A stretch of DNA of 64,000 bases from a virus (taxonomy: Duplodnaviria; Caudoviricetes): positions 1 to 64,000 of IMG/VR virus record IMGVR_UViG_3300033067_000343; one strand, 5' to 3'. Both the position numbers and the translations under genes were made by a program. Positions within the stretch are counted from its first letter, which is position 1, and each line of letters opens with the position of its first letter. The notes beneath the pieces were generated by a model. It saw only the letters and a program-made list of their open reading frames with translations, was not told where the DNA came from and did no database searches. Positions 29,663-39,532 of the stretch are shown piece after piece.

Positions 29663-30306
29663 TGCACCCTACCGAGCCATACTTAATCTATTTTCTAACT
29701 GCGTACAAACGCATAATGGATCTGAGATTCCGTGTGGCCGGTTGTTCATACACGCCTGCGAAATTCACAGACTTGATTCGCAGACAATTTAATGCAGCAG
29801 CATTTATCGTAAAGACAGACCGTGATCCAGCAGTAGACCCAGACCAGGTTATTGTTGCTGGACTTTATGACTGTCATGACGATTCAGAAATGCTGCCCAG
29901 CATTACTATCACGCTTTGCTACCATCCCTCACAAAACACATACTTTGTTGATCTAATCAATTGGGGACAATTTGCATTTGATCTCGCAGAGTGCATGGGG
30001 CACGAAATGGTGCATATGAACCAATACAAATTTCCTAGAGTGCCTGCACTAAAGGATTACAAGAGTCCAACTGGTGCAGAGCTAACACTGGACCAAGAGT
30101 ATCTCGGCGACGAGAGTGAAATTGAAGCATACGGTTTTAGCATTGCTGCTGAAATGTGCATATTCAAAAAACCCATACAGGATTGCGTAATGTATGGTGT
30201 GTATCAGGAAACGTTTGCATCTGACACACGAGTGGTTCTACAATTAGAACAACAAGTAGAACAATACCATAAGACTTTGGAGCGACTATATGAGCAAATT
30301 AACTAA
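29662..30306 (+). CDS. HExxH-containing hypothetical protein
   Basis: GHEMVH and EIEAY motifs. Confidence 0.55.
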   Translation: MHPTEPYLIYFLTAYKRIMDLRFRVAGCSYTPAKFTDLIRRQFNAAAFIVKTDRDPAVDPDQVIVAGLYDCHDDSEMLPSITITLCYHPSQNTYFVDLINWGQFAFDLAECMGHEMVHMNQYKFPRVPALKDYKSPTGAELTLDQEYLGDESEIEAYGFSIAAEMCIFKKPIQDCVMYGVYQETFASDTRVVLQLEQQVEQYHKTLERLYEQIN

Positions 30307-30523
30307 ACAACAAGAAGAGCAAATCGACGAGCTTGCTGAAATGATGGAAGACACGCTGGCCGATGATGACTACTGCATTATTGTTGGTCCAGACGGAGAA
30401 GTTAAGTCCATTATGTTGCCGGACAATGTGCCATTTGAACTACCGGAAAATGTAAGTAAAATGCTTGCAGTATTTGGTATCACAGACGTAGACAATATTT
30501 CAGGTAACGCTACCTTACATTAA
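30290..30523 (+). CDS. hypothetical acidic protein
   Basis: SD GGAG; overlaps the upstream gene. Confidence 0.6.
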   Translation: MSKLTKQQEEQIDELAEMMEDTLADDDYCIIVGPDGEVKSIMLPDNVPFELPENVSKMLAVFGITDVDNISGNATLH

Positions 30524-30528
30524 TCGTT

Positions 30529-30549
30529 TCATGCTATAATACAGCATGA
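30529..30549 (+). promoter_or_regulatory. 7-bp hairpin with TATAAT in the loop, covering ATG 30546
   Basis: TCATGCT / AGCATGA; extended -10 TGCTATAAT. Confidence 0.6.
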
Positions 30550-30671
30550 CATTTAAAGAATGGCTCCGTTCCTTGGAGCCTGAGCGTAAAGCAACACCTA
30601 GCGAAGATTTTGCAGACACTATAGCCCTAATGGTAATTGTGGGGCTAGTGTACATGATGATCTTTGGCTAA
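30546..30671 (+). CDS. small membrane protein (41 aa, below track cutoff)
   Basis: MTFKEWLRSL...IALMVIVGLVYMMIFG*; ATG 6 nt after TATAAT. Confidence 0.55.
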   Translation: MTFKEWLRSLEPERKATPSEDFADTIALMVIVGLVYMMIFG

Positions 30672-30710
30672 AAGTGTTGTATTTTTACAACAAACCAAAC
30701 AATCCCGAAA

Positions 30711-30747
30711 TTTGTGCTATAATCTAAGCATTGTTAAACAAAACGGA
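30711..30747 (+). repeat. 37-bp early promoter/leader, copy 1
   Basis: TTTGTGCTATAATCTAAGCATTGTTAAACAAAACGGA identical to 59208-59244. Confidence 0.85.
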
Positions 30748-30754
30748 GTTCGAA

Positions 30755-31084
30755 ATGCGTAAAGTTACTACTACCCTTAACACAGATGGTTGCGGCTACT
30801 GGAGTGAAGTTGCCAAGCCAGTTAAGATTGTTGGCATTAATTTGCCCTATGTTAACGACGAAGAAGACTTCGGCGAACTCCTTGTGATGTTTGACAAAAA
30901 GACTTGGGACGTTAACAAGGACGGCCTCATCTACACTGACCGCCAATTTGAAGAAGAACTCAAGGCATTTTTGACCACTATTGGTCTGGCAGGCGAAGAC
31001 ATTACCTACAGCGAGCAAGGTATGCAAGGTGACGACTATGTGTCGTTTGATGTAGGCGAAGCATTCATTCAAAGCTATGCATAA
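30755..31084 (+). CDS. hypothetical early protein
   Basis: SD GGAG after the duplicated promoter. Confidence 0.7.
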   Translation: MRKVTTTLNTDGCGYWSEVAKPVKIVGINLPYVNDEEDFGELLVMFDKKTWDVNKDGLIYTDRQFEEELKAFLTTIGLAGEDITYSEQGMQGDDYVSFDVGEAFIQSYA

Positions 31085-31475
31085 TACACCACCCGATTTT
31101 GATGAGACCAATGTGTTCCTGGTTTACTGGGACTGTTACGGTCTTGAGTCCTGCATAGACATTACAGAAGACATGCGTGAAGCAAATCATCTTGAGTCTG
31201 AGAACTTGTTTGAGCGTCTCAAGAATCCAGAAGACGAACCGCCCAATGCTGCGGTACGTAAAATTACTCATATGATTAACAGTATGAGTATGCGGGCACG
31301 TTTTAATCCGCAGCGTGACTACGAACTGTACTTTATCCATACAGACAAATCCATTACTAAGGATCAATTTGAAACCATGTTTGAGGAGGATCCGCAGGCC
31401 GCTGTAGATTTGATCCGTGAACGTGGACAAAAACTTTTTAGCCACCGCAACTCCGTTGAAAGGGTAATATCATGA
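31077..31475 (+). CDS. hypothetical protein
   Basis: Overlap-coupled ORF. Confidence 0.65.
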   Translation: MHNTPPDFDETNVFLVYWDCYGLESCIDITEDMREANHLESENLFERLKNPEDEPPNAAVRKITHMINSMSMRARFNPQRDYELYFIHTDKSITKDQFETMFEEDPQAAVDLIRERGQKLFSHRNSVERVIS

Positions 31476-31654
31476 ACGACAAGAAAATCCACCTCTACAC
31501 TATTGTGTATCAACTGCCACTGTCCAATGCTCAACTGTTTGGCGAGCTTGAATCGTACATGTCTAACTCTAATCCAGAGCAGCCTGAGCCCGAGATTACA
31601 GAGTTTGCTGAAGCAAACGAAGTTATTGCCCGTTACACATTGGGAAAAAAATGA
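31472..31654 (+). CDS. hypothetical protein
   Basis: ATGA coupling at both ends. Confidence 0.55.
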   Translation: MNDKKIHLYTIVYQLPLSNAQLFGELESYMSNSNPEQPEPEITEFAEANEVIARYTLGKK

Positions 31655-31920
31655 GCCCGTTAACTAAGCTGCTAATTGATGTGCAAAACGGCGAGGTTGA
31701 TCCCAGCGAGTTAACCCTGGAACAGCAAGAAATGGTACTCAAAGGGTACAGGGAACTTGCTGGACGTTTGCTTGATGATCCAACGTTTCTCGAAGCAGGA
31801 GAACAAATCCTCGAAATCATTGACTCAGTTGAAATAAATGACCCGTTTGAAGAAGCCATTGTAGCTGCTGAAACCCGTGGTAGCACTTACTGGGATTTAG
31901 AAACAGACAGCTTGCATTAA
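31651..31920 (+). CDS. hypothetical acidic protein
   Basis: ATGA-coupled ORF. Confidence 0.6.
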   Translation: MSPLTKLLIDVQNGEVDPSELTLEQQEMVLKGYRELAGRLLDDPTFLEAGEQILEIIDSVEINDPFEEAIVAAETRGSTYWDLETDSLH

Positions 31921-31945
31921 ACCCCGTTAGATTTGCATTTTATGG

Positions 31946-31971
31946 ACCCGCCTTTGTGCGGGTTTCCTTTT
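31946..31971 (+). terminator. probable rho-independent terminator
   Basis: ACCCGC-CTTTGT-GCGGGT followed by TTCCTTTT. Confidence 0.6.
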
Positions 31972-31988
31972 GGCCGGCTAAATACACT

Positions 31989-32186
31989 ATGAGCTACTCT
32001 TACCAACAATCGTTTAATGCCACGCTTAACGCCCTTCCTAAAGATCAGCGTAGAGACTACAAACTTGCAAACATTGCAGCAGTTGACCGCCAACAAGTAG
32101 GCACACCTAGTTACAGAGAGTACAACCAATATACCAGCCCGGGAACTGTTGCGCCAGCAGAAGGTCGCCCGTGGACTAAACTATAA
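31989..32186 (+). CDS. hypothetical late protein
   Basis: TAAATA 31979-31984; ATG 31989. Confidence 0.6.
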   Translation: MSYSYQQSFNATLNALPKDQRRDYKLANIAAVDRQQVGTPSYREYNQYTSPGTVAPAEGRPWTKL

Positions 32187-32195
32187 GGATATCCC

Positions 32196-32519
32196 ATGAA
32201 AGCAGCAGAAATACTACGCAGCCTAGCAGACGTTATCGATCGTGCAGAATCAGGCGCAGCACCAGCAGAAGTGCCAACACAAATCCAAAAGCCACAGTTT
32301 CATAAAGTTGCGGTAGCAAACGACGAACAAGGTGATCCATATTCTACAATGACTAGCCCATTGCAGCAAAAACTAGAATTGCTAAAGAAGGCAGCGGGCG
32401 TAGAAAGTGCATACGATGAACAAGACTGCGAAGAAGCAGATCCTTTAGATCAAATGAAAAAGATGGCCGGTCTTCAAACAGTAATGGTGGCTTCCGAAGA
32501 TAACGATATCGAAGGGTAA
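32196..32519 (+). CDS. hypothetical protein
   Basis: SD AAGGA; MKAAEIL N-terminus. Confidence 0.65.
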   Translation: MKAAEILRSLADVIDRAESGAAPAEVPTQIQKPQFHKVAVANDEQGDPYSTMTSPLQQKLELLKKAAGVESAYDEQDCEEADPLDQMKKMAGLQTVMVASEDNDIEG

Positions 32520-32524
32520 TCCCA

Positions 32525-34603
32525 ATGGCTATTAAAAAGTTTCGTGCCGGTAGAGTATCTAGTGCAGATGCTAGTACGTGGATCGGCGAGCCGGGCACAA
32601 TGTTTTATGACGAAGCCACGGGTCAGCTAAAGATAGCTGACGGTGTTACCCCTGGCGGCAGCTACATACCACTAGTTATTGCAACACCCACTGTAGCCGG
32701 TGCTATTAAAGCAGGGCCTGGTGCCAACGTTGCAGTTGACGGAACACTAACTATTGACACAGCCGGCTTGCCACTAAGCATCGGTAACTTGTCTATTATT
32801 GGCGCAAATATCAGCACAGTTGGTACCGATGAAAATTTGAACTTAATTTCAAACGGCTCCGGCGAAATCAACGTTGTAGGCAACTTCCACGTTCACACAG
32901 TTGAACAGGGCCCAAACTCAGCAAGCCCGATCTTCTCAGTGGTCTCTGATGGTCAAGTGCGAATGATTATCCCAAGTGTTGATAGCATTGCAGGCGCAGC
33001 CCAAATCATCGGCAATGCCGACAGTTCGTTCGTTGTTCCCAACAATACCGGCGTGATGTTTCACGTCACCGGCCAACTAAACGATCCCGGACGTATTTAC
33101 AATGACGGGCAAGGAGCATACGCCGCGTACATTGGTAGACGATACAACGGTACAAGTGTAAGCCCAAGCCAAGTTTTAGCTAATCAAATGATCAGCCGTG
33201 TTGGTGCGACTCCGTACACTAATACCGGATGGCCAACTATTTCCACAGCTCGTATTGATTTTGTTGCTAGTCAAAATCAAACCACAACGGCACTAGGCAG
33301 CAGAATCGAATTCTGGGCAACAGCAAATAATTCATCTACTATCACTAAAGTCGCAACAATTGATGCCGACAATGGCGTAACAACCATTGGAAACTTAACT
33401 GTCTCAGGTAGAATCCTGCCAATCGACGGTAACGACATTGGCATATCAACCCACCGCTGGGGTAACATTTGGCTAGGTCCAACTGCTATTCACATGCAGG
33501 ACACTGTGACAATGGATGATGTGGCCTTGCAAGTCACTAACGGCACACTGTATCTAAATGGTGCAGAAAACATTGCACTGGGTAACTTGGTAATCCAAAA
33601 CGCCACGTTAAAAACTATTACTCCTGACTTAGACATTAACATAGGCGAATTGCCTGACACTGGCAACGTAAACGTCTATCGCCCAATATATGTTTACGAT
33701 ACCGGTGGTAATGTGCGTTTCAACACCGACCGTAACGGGTTTGTAACTATCCATGCCCCTACTGTAACCACTACTAATGCAGGTTTAATGATCATCGGCA
33801 GCACAAGTGGCAACATACAACCAGCTGGCGGGACCAGCACAGGGCGAATGGTGCATATCACTGGTAATGACGGTGCAAGTGCTAGATTTACAATGGATGC
33901 ATTTGGCACCGGTGCATTTGCTAGTTATATTGGTCGAGCTGCAAGGGGCACAGCGGATAGCCCAACGGCATTACAAGCCGGTGATGTGATGATGCGTTTT
34001 AGTGCGACCGGATGGGCGGAACCGGGATACAACACAACCAACACAGGCGGACCTCCTACAAGTATCGACTTTGTAGCCACCGACAACTATACTCATAGTG
34101 TCTACGGTAGTGCTATTAAGTTCTACACAAGTCCACAGGGTTCAATTGGTCGTAATCTAAGTCTAACCGTAGATACAACTGGGATAACTGCTAACAGTCT
34201 TACTAGCAATACTGCATCCATTGTGGGCAACGTAACAGCCGGCAACGTTAATGCAAAAGTTTATGGCGAATTACACGGTACACTATTCCGCCCAATTCGC
34301 AACGCCGGTGTAATTGCAGACGGTGGTACCTTAACTATCGACTTCAGCACAGACGCTATTGTTTATTGCACATGGGCTAACGGTATGAATTTGGCATACT
34401 CTAACTATACAGCAGGCCGAATAGTTAAAGTTATGTGTACTAAAGCATCCGGTTCAGGCACTGACAGTATAGGTTTAGATGGTATAACGGCTGCACAAGT
34501 GTCTAGCGGATCAACATCAATTACGGCAGCGGCTGATACTACTACATTTATCGAACTTGTTTGTACAAACGGCACTATTGGTGGCTTGTTTGCTAAAGTG
34601 TAA
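32525..34603 (+). CDS. tail fibre protein with Mtd-N-like N-terminus
   Basis: WIGEPGTMFYDEATGQLKIADGVTPGG; duplicated GRRYNGT...P..V / GRAARGT...PT..L modules. Confidence 0.7.
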   Translation: MAIKKFRAGRVSSADASTWIGEPGTMFYDEATGQLKIADGVTPGGSYIPLVIATPTVAGAIKAGPGANVAVDGTLTIDTAGLPLSIGNLSIIGANISTVGTDENLNLISNGSGEINVVGNFHVHTVEQGPNSASPIFSVVSDGQVRMIIPSVDSIAGAAQIIGNADSSFVVPNNTGVMFHVTGQLNDPGRIYNDGQGAYAAYIGRRYNGTSVSPSQVLANQMISRVGATPYTNTGWPTISTARIDFVASQNQTTTALGSRIEFWATANNSSTITKVATIDADNGVTTIGNLTVSGRILPIDGNDIGISTHRWGNIWLGPTAIHMQDTVTMDDVALQVTNGTLYLNGAENIALGNLVIQNATLKTITPDLDINIGELPDTGNVNVYRPIYVYDTGGNVRFNTDRNGFVTIHAPTVTTTNAGLMIIGSTSGNIQPAGGTSTGRMVHITGNDGASARFTMDAFGTGAFASYIGRAARGTADSPTALQAGDVMMRFSATGWAEPGYNTTNTGGPPTSIDFVATDNYTHSVYGSAIKFYTSPQGSIGRNLSLTVDTTGITANSLTSNTASIVGNVTAGNVNAKVYGELHGTLFRPIRNAGVIADGGTLTIDFSTDAIVYCTWANGMNLAYSNYTAGRIVKVMCTKASGSGTDSIGLDGITAAQVSSGSTSITAAADTTTFIELVCTNGTIGGLFAKV

Positions 34604-34629
34604 TAGCCAGAACTTTTGACTTCGCCCAC

Positions 34630-34678
34630 ATCATAACGTATACTACGGGACTAAAACCCAATAAATATACGTTATGAT
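34630..34678 (+). promoter_or_regulatory. 13-bp perfect hairpin covering ATG 34674, with late-type TAAATA at the loop/3' arm junction
   Basis: ATCATAACGTATA (34630-34642) / TATACGTTATGAT (34666-34678); TAAATA 34662-34667. Confidence 0.8.
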
Positions 34679-36365
34679 ATTCGGATACTTTACCCTTCTT
34701 GTAGCACTAACAATTAGTGCCGTGGCAGAGTTCTACAGCATTGTAGGTCTTACTGCTATTTTCTCCGCGGCCTTTTGGCCCATTGTTATCATGGGTGCCA
34801 GTCTTGGCGTTGGCAAAGTCACTGCCGCAGTTTGGTTAAAGCTAAACTGGGAACGAGCTAGTTGGACCTACAAACTATACCTGGTACCCGCAGTGGCATT
34901 CTTAATGGTGTTAACCAGCATGGGCATCTTTGGTTTTTTAAGTAAAGCACACAGTGATCAAAGTTTGGTATCAGGTGACGGACAAGCCAAGGTAGCAATA
35001 TATGATGAGAAAATCAAGACAGCCAAGGACAATATCGATGCGAACCGAACTGCTCTTAAGCAGATGGATGCAGCCGTTGATCAAGTTATGGGTCGAAGCA
35101 CTGATGAAAAAGGTGCTGACAAAGCAGTTAGTATTCGGAGAAGTCAGGCCAAAGAACGAGCCAGACTATTGGCGGAAATTGCAGCCGAACAGAAAGTTGT
35201 TGCCCAGCTTAGTGAAGAACGGGCACCCTTGGCCGCAGAATTCCGCAAAGTCGAAGCTGAGGTTGGACCAATTAAGTACATTGCCGCACTAGTCTACGGC
35301 GATAACCCTGACGCAAACATTCTCGAAAAAGCAGTACGACTTGTTATTATTCTAATTGTTGCAGTATTTGACCCGCTTGCCTTGGTATTAATCTTGGCAG
35401 CTCAACAAAGTATTCGTTGGGCAAAGGAAGAGAAGGATGAACACACACCTGGCGAGGTGAACAAACATACGCAACCTTCCGGGTTAGAACAAGTTACGCA
35501 AGAATCAACTGTAGAGGAACAAGATGCAGTGGCAACCGCGCCGGCTGCGGACGCTGAGCCCACAGTTCAGGAAGTTACAGCTGAGCCACAAACTACAGTT
35601 GATCCACTTGCGTATCTAAAGCAACCATTTGTACACTTTGAAAACTTACAGCCAATGGTTCACAAACCAGAAGTCATTGAGCAGCCTGAGATTTATGCAG
35701 GCAACCCAGAGGACTTTAAAGAGCCATGGCCCGAAGAAGATAAAGCAAAGCTAGTAGAAGCTATGCAAACCTTCTTTGATCAAAACAAAGAAGAAAAGGC
35801 GAGTGAAGTAAATGAAGTCAAGGCCGAAATCATTGCAGATGACGGAGTAGACGAAGCTGCGTTCTTGGAACGGTTCGATGAGAACCTAGCCAAGAATACC
35901 ATAGACATTCTCACGATGGGCATCGACGAAGTTGAACGCCCAGGTGATTACTTAACTCCACCTGAGCCAGAATACACTGGCCCAATGAAGGAAATTGTAG
36001 AAGAGTACGTTGATCCAAACACACGTATCAAAACCCTAAACCACCGTTGGGTTCCTGACTTATCTGCTACAGCGGATAATGCACCAGACGGTACACAGGC
36101 CAATGCAGACTTTGGTACAACATTCCCAGCTAAAGCCACTAAAGGTGACATGCACGTTCGCGTAGACTTCTTGCCACCACGCTTGTTTAAGTTCAACGGC
36201 GTAAAGTGGATGGAAGTTGACAAGAGCATGACTGACAGTCACTATAGCGACGAGTACATCAAGCACTTAATTGACAAGATCAACAGCGGCGAGTATGCTG
36301 TTGAAGATCTAAGCGAAAGCGAACAAGATCAGATTCGTGAATACCTAAGTAAAAACGACGAATGA
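34674..36365 (+). CDS. membrane-anchored coiled-coil protein
   Basis: Three N-terminal TM helices, coiled coil, fourth TM, acidic linker, C-terminal FGTTFP...GD...R...LFKFNGVKW motif. Confidence 0.7.
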   Translation: MIFGYFTLLVALTISAVAEFYSIVGLTAIFSAAFWPIVIMGASLGVGKVTAAVWLKLNWERASWTYKLYLVPAVAFLMVLTSMGIFGFLSKAHSDQSLVSGDGQAKVAIYDEKIKTAKDNIDANRTALKQMDAAVDQVMGRSTDEKGADKAVSIRRSQAKERARLLAEIAAEQKVVAQLSEERAPLAAEFRKVEAEVGPIKYIAALVYGDNPDANILEKAVRLVIILIVAVFDPLALVLILAAQQSIRWAKEEKDEHTPGEVNKHTQPSGLEQVTQESTVEEQDAVATAPAADAEPTVQEVTAEPQTTVDPLAYLKQPFVHFENLQPMVHKPEVIEQPEIYAGNPEDFKEPWPEEDKAKLVEAMQTFFDQNKEEKASEVNEVKAEIIADDGVDEAAFLERFDENLAKNTIDILTMGIDEVERPGDYLTPPEPEYTGPMKEIVEEYVDPNTRIKTLNHRWVPDLSATADNAPDGTQANADFGTTFPAKATKGDMHVRVDFLPPRLFKFNGVKWMEVDKSMTDSHYSDEYIKHLIDKINSGEYAVEDLSESEQDQIREYLSKNDE

Positions 36366-36745
36366 CAACCAATTTTATAACACCACCGGACTTTGTAGAA
36401 GATCCGAACCATACTATTCTGCTAATTGATGCAGACCCTGTTGATGTAGAAACATTGGCTTACCTGTGTGCAGGACACGAAGAAGCATTTAACGTTTATT
36501 TGTATCGTGAAGATATGGATAACGATCTTTGGCTCAATCAAGTTGCTGACCGTGCTGATACAATTATCGTAAATACTATAGATAACAAACTAAGTATCAT
36601 TAAAGATAATTTTATTGACTTTCAAAAAACTTATTACTATGGACCCAAGCATTTCTTGCATAACACAAGACGATGCGAAACTCTATTAGATTATTTTGTA
36701 ATTCGAGCTAATGACAGAAAACATCAAACTCCAAGTCCATTGTAA
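36362..36745 (+). CDS. hypothetical protein
   Basis: ATGA-coupled ORF. Confidence 0.65.
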   Translation: MTTNFITPPDFVEDPNHTILLIDADPVDVETLAYLCAGHEEAFNVYLYREDMDNDLWLNQVADRADTIIVNTIDNKLSIIKDNFIDFQKTYYYGPKHFLHNTRRCETLLDYFVIRANDRKHQTPSPL

Positions 36746-37919
36746 CTTCTGCGGTAAGAACCGTAATGAAGTAGATAAACTAATTGTTGCAAACGATGCA
36801 GGTATCTGTAACGAGTGCATCAGCTTATGCAGTAACATCATTAACAAAGAGCGTAATGATGAGTTCCGCAAAGACAAAAAGGTCAGTAAAGCACTAGACC
36901 CTATTAAGATTAAGAACCACCTCGACGAGTATGTGATTGGGCAGGATGCTGCTAAGATTGCCCTAAGCGTTGGCGTTGTTAATCACTACAAACGCATCTT
37001 CTTTGAAAGTGCAGTAGAGCTAGAGAAGTCAAACATTCTAGTATTTGGGCCAACAGGATCGGGTAAAACACTGTTAGCCAAAACAATTGCACGTTACCTA
37101 AACGTTCCATTTGTTGTAGCAGATGCAACTACCTTAACTGAAGCAGGATACGTAGGCGACGATGTGGAAAGCATTATTGGTGGACTGCTATCCGCAGCAG
37201 ACAATGACGTTGCACGTTGTGAGCAGGGCATTATCTTCCTAGACGAAGTAGACAAGATTGCCCGAAAAAGCGAAGGCGCAAGTATTACCCGCGACGTAAG
37301 TGGCGAAGGTGTACAGCAAGCTCTACTAAAGCTAGTAGAAGGCACCAAGTGCAAGGTAAGTGTAAACGGTGGCAAGAAGCATCCTGCATTGGATCAAGTG
37401 GAAATTGATACAAGCAAGATTCTGTTTGTTGCAGGTGGTGCATTTCCGGGACTAGAGAAACTAGTGGAACGTAGACAGCGTGGATCTAACATTGGATTTA
37501 ACGGCCCACTATCAACTGAGAATTTAGACAGCACACAAGTTACGCCCGAAGACTTTATCAAGTTTGGAATGATTCCCGAATTCTGCGGACGTTTTCCTAT
37601 TACAGTTCAAATCGATGAGCTAACTGTAGACGACTTTATTCGGATTCTCAAAGAACCTAAAAACAACTTGCTGGCACAAATGAAGTTCTATTTTGAAAGC
37701 GACGAAATAGAATTAACGTTTACAGACGATGCAGTGTTAGCAGTAGCAGAATTGGCGCATGAGCAGCATGTAGGTGCTCGTGGACTAAAAACCATATTAG
37801 AGCGTACTCTAATGCCCTACATGTACACCCTAGCTGAAATTAAAAAGCAGGGGTTTAAAAAGATCGAAATAACTGACAAAGTTGTTAAATATAACGATCC
37901 ACCCAATTTTATAGAATAA
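36711..37919 (+). CDS. clpX: ATP-dependent Clp protease ATP-binding subunit ClpX
   Basis: CNFC...CNEC Zn domain, [12 protein letters not shown] pore loop, [22 protein letters not shown] loop, GARGL. Confidence 0.95.
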   Translation: MTENIKLQVHCNFCGKNRNEVDKLIVANDAGICNECISLCSNIINKERNDEFRKDKKVSKALDPIKIKNHLDEYVIGQDAAKIALSVGVVNHYKRIFFESAVELEKSNILVFGPTGSGKTLLAKTIARYLNVPFVVADATTLTEAGYVGDDVESIIGGLLSAADNDVARCEQGIIFLDEVDKIARKSEGASITRDVSGEGVQQALLKLVEGTKCKVSVNGGKKHPALDQVEIDTSKILFVAGGAFPGLEKLVERRQRGSNIGFNGPLSTENLDSTQVTPEDFIKFGMIPEFCGRFPITVQIDELTVDDFIRILKEPKNNLLAQMKFYFESDEIELTFTDDAVLAVAELAHEQHVGARGLKTILERTLMPYMYTLAEIKKQGFKKIEITDKVVKYNDPPNFIE

Positions 37920-37927
37920 GGACACAG

Positions 37928-38161
37928 ATGAACGAACGAATCAAATTACACGGCAGCAGCGTACTCGTACAAAACGATAACGTTGAAAAAGCACTTCGCA
38001 AATTTAAAAAGAAAATCATGGAAAGCGGTAAGCTACAAGAGCTACGTGAACGTGAGTTTTATGAGAAGCCAACTACTGCCCGTAAACGTGCAAAAAATCA
38101 AGCCCGCAGACGCTGGCAAAAGAAGCTTGAATCACAAGCTCTACCAAAAAAATTGTATTAA
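37928..38161 (+). CDS. rpsU: 30S ribosomal protein bS21
   Basis: VEKALRKFKKK, REREFYEKPTTARKR. Confidence 0.92.
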   Translation: MNERIKLHGSSVLVQNDNVEKALRKFKKKIMESGKLQELREREFYEKPTTARKRAKNQARRRWQKKLESQALPKKLY

Positions 38162-38180
38162 TACTTTTTTGAAAGTATAA

Positions 38181-38252
38181 TAAATACATGTGCAGTGCCA
38201 ATAATGGGCTGCACACTAAACGTCATAAACTTGCTTATTAAAGGAGAAAAAC
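38181..38252 (+). promoter_or_regulatory. late promoter plus structured 5' UTR with ROSE-like RNA thermometer hairpin
   Basis: TAAATA 38181; stem TGTGCAG/CTGCACA; CUUGCUU-AUUA-AAGGAG pairs the SD with a bulged G. Confidence 0.6.
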
Positions 38253-38699
38253 ATGACACAATTCAACATCCGTACTCTAGACCTACCTTCCCTACATCGT
38301 TCAGCCATTGGCTTTGACCGCATGTTTGAGGAATTGAATCGCACCTTTGCAAACAGCAAACAAGGTAACTATCCTCCACACAATATTGTCCAACAAGACG
38401 ATACCCATTTTGTGGTTGAAGTTGCTGTAGCTGGCTTCGCAGAAAGCGAAATCAATGTAGAACTAGCAGACAATGTTCTTACCGTAACTGGTGAAAAAGT
38501 TCGCAGCGAAGATGAAGTAGCTCCGAATTACCTACACCAAGGCATCAGCAATCGCAATTTCGTTCGCAGCTTTACTCTAGCTGACAACGTTGAAGTTCGC
38601 GAAGCTGTTGTTGAAAACGGTATCCTTTCGGTTAACTTGGAACTGGTTATCCCAGAAGAAAAGAAGCCGAAAACTATTGCATTGACTTTTAAGAAGTAA
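38253..38699 (+). CDS. small heat-shock protein Hsp20 (IbpA/B-like)
   Basis: IGFDRMF, YPPHNI, AVAGF, YLHQGIS.RNF.RSF, NGILSV. Confidence 0.93.
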   Translation: MTQFNIRTLDLPSLHRSAIGFDRMFEELNRTFANSKQGNYPPHNIVQQDDTHFVVEVAVAGFAESEINVELADNVLTVTGEKVRSEDEVAPNYLHQGISNRNFVRSFTLADNVEVREAVVENGILSVNLELVIPEEKKPKTIALTFKK

Positions 38700-38716
38700 T
38701 CAGCTATAATGCAATA

Positions 38717-38742
38717 TACACAGAGCAATCACGCTCTGTGTA
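38717..38742 (+). promoter_or_regulatory. 10-bp hairpin between hsp20 and clpS (terminator or leader structure)
   Basis: TACACAGAGC / GCTCTGTGTA; TATAAT upstream at 38705-38710; U-rich downstream. Confidence 0.55.
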
Positions 38743-38758
38743 CTTCAGTTTTAATTTT

Positions 38759-39079
38759 ATGCCAACATCTACATCAACTAAAACACGTCAACAAATTCGC
38801 ATTCAACCTAAGCTAGACGTTCAGCCACCATCGCAGTTCAATGTTATCTACGTTAACGATAACACCACTACTATGGAATTCGTTGTTGAAACTCTATGCA
38901 CTATTTTCGATCACAGTGATGAAGCTGCGATGGCGTTGACTATGAAAATCCACGAAGATGGCTCTGCTGTTGTGGGCACATACCCATATGAAATTGCAGA
39001 ACAAAAAGGCGTAGAAGTAACTTTGCTTGCACGTAACAACGGTTTCCCTCTAGCTGTTAAGCTAGAAGCAGATCAGTGA
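38759..39079 (+). CDS. clpS: Clp protease adaptor ClpS
   Basis: VIYVND..TTMEFVV, IHEDG.AVVGTY..EIAEQK, GFPL. Confidence 0.88.
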   Translation: MPTSTSTKTRQQIRIQPKLDVQPPSQFNVIYVNDNTTTMEFVVETLCTIFDHSDEAAMALTMKIHEDGSAVVGTYPYEIAEQKGVEVTLLARNNGFPLAVKLEADQ

Positions 39080-39336
39080 TTAAACCTAAAGAGTTTGCAA
39101 CTAGAGAAGAAGCCCGTGCCTTCTTAAAAAGGTGCGGGTTACTTAAGACTACGCGAGTCTTAGAGGGCGAAGAACGTAAACAAGTTGAGACTATGCTGCG
39201 GTTACTTGGACCCGGTGAAGATTCTAACAGCCAAAGATTCTGGACCGAAGAGTGGGTAGTGGGAGACAAAACTTATCAGCACACTGTTGGTGAGGGTGTT
39301 GACGAGTTATCTGAGACTACAGAAGATGACGTCTGA
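39076..39336 (+). CDS. hypothetical protein
   Basis: GTGA-coupled ORF. Confidence 0.6.
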   Translation: MIKPKEFATREEARAFLKRCGLLKTTRVLEGEERKQVETMLRLLGPGEDSNSQRFWTEEWVVGDKTYQHTVGEGVDELSETTEDDV

Positions 39337-39532
39337 AGAAGAAAACACATTCCGAGTCTTAAAGGATGAAGACCCAATTGTAACTAGCAAATGGTGTTTC
39401 TGGGGTCTACACAAGTGGACCAAGTGGGATAATTCTCATCAAAGCAGGGATTATCGAGAGTCGTGGGTAATACAGAAAAAGACTTGTGTTCACTGCAACG
39501 ACTTTAAAGAACGAAAAAAAATTTTAAAATGA
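39326..39532 (+). CDS. small Cys/His-containing hypothetical protein
   Basis: CFWGLHKW...CVHC pattern. Confidence 0.55.
   Translation: MTSEEENTFRVLKDEDPIVTSKWCFWGLHKWTKWDNSHQSRDYRESWVIQKKTCVHCNDFKERKKILK

Noticed and set aside
5538-34603. Diversity-generating retroelement suggested by Mtd-N-like fibre N-termini
   Set aside because: No reverse transcriptase and no template/variable repeat pair differing at adenines in this window; Mtd-N-like domains are common in ordinary fibres
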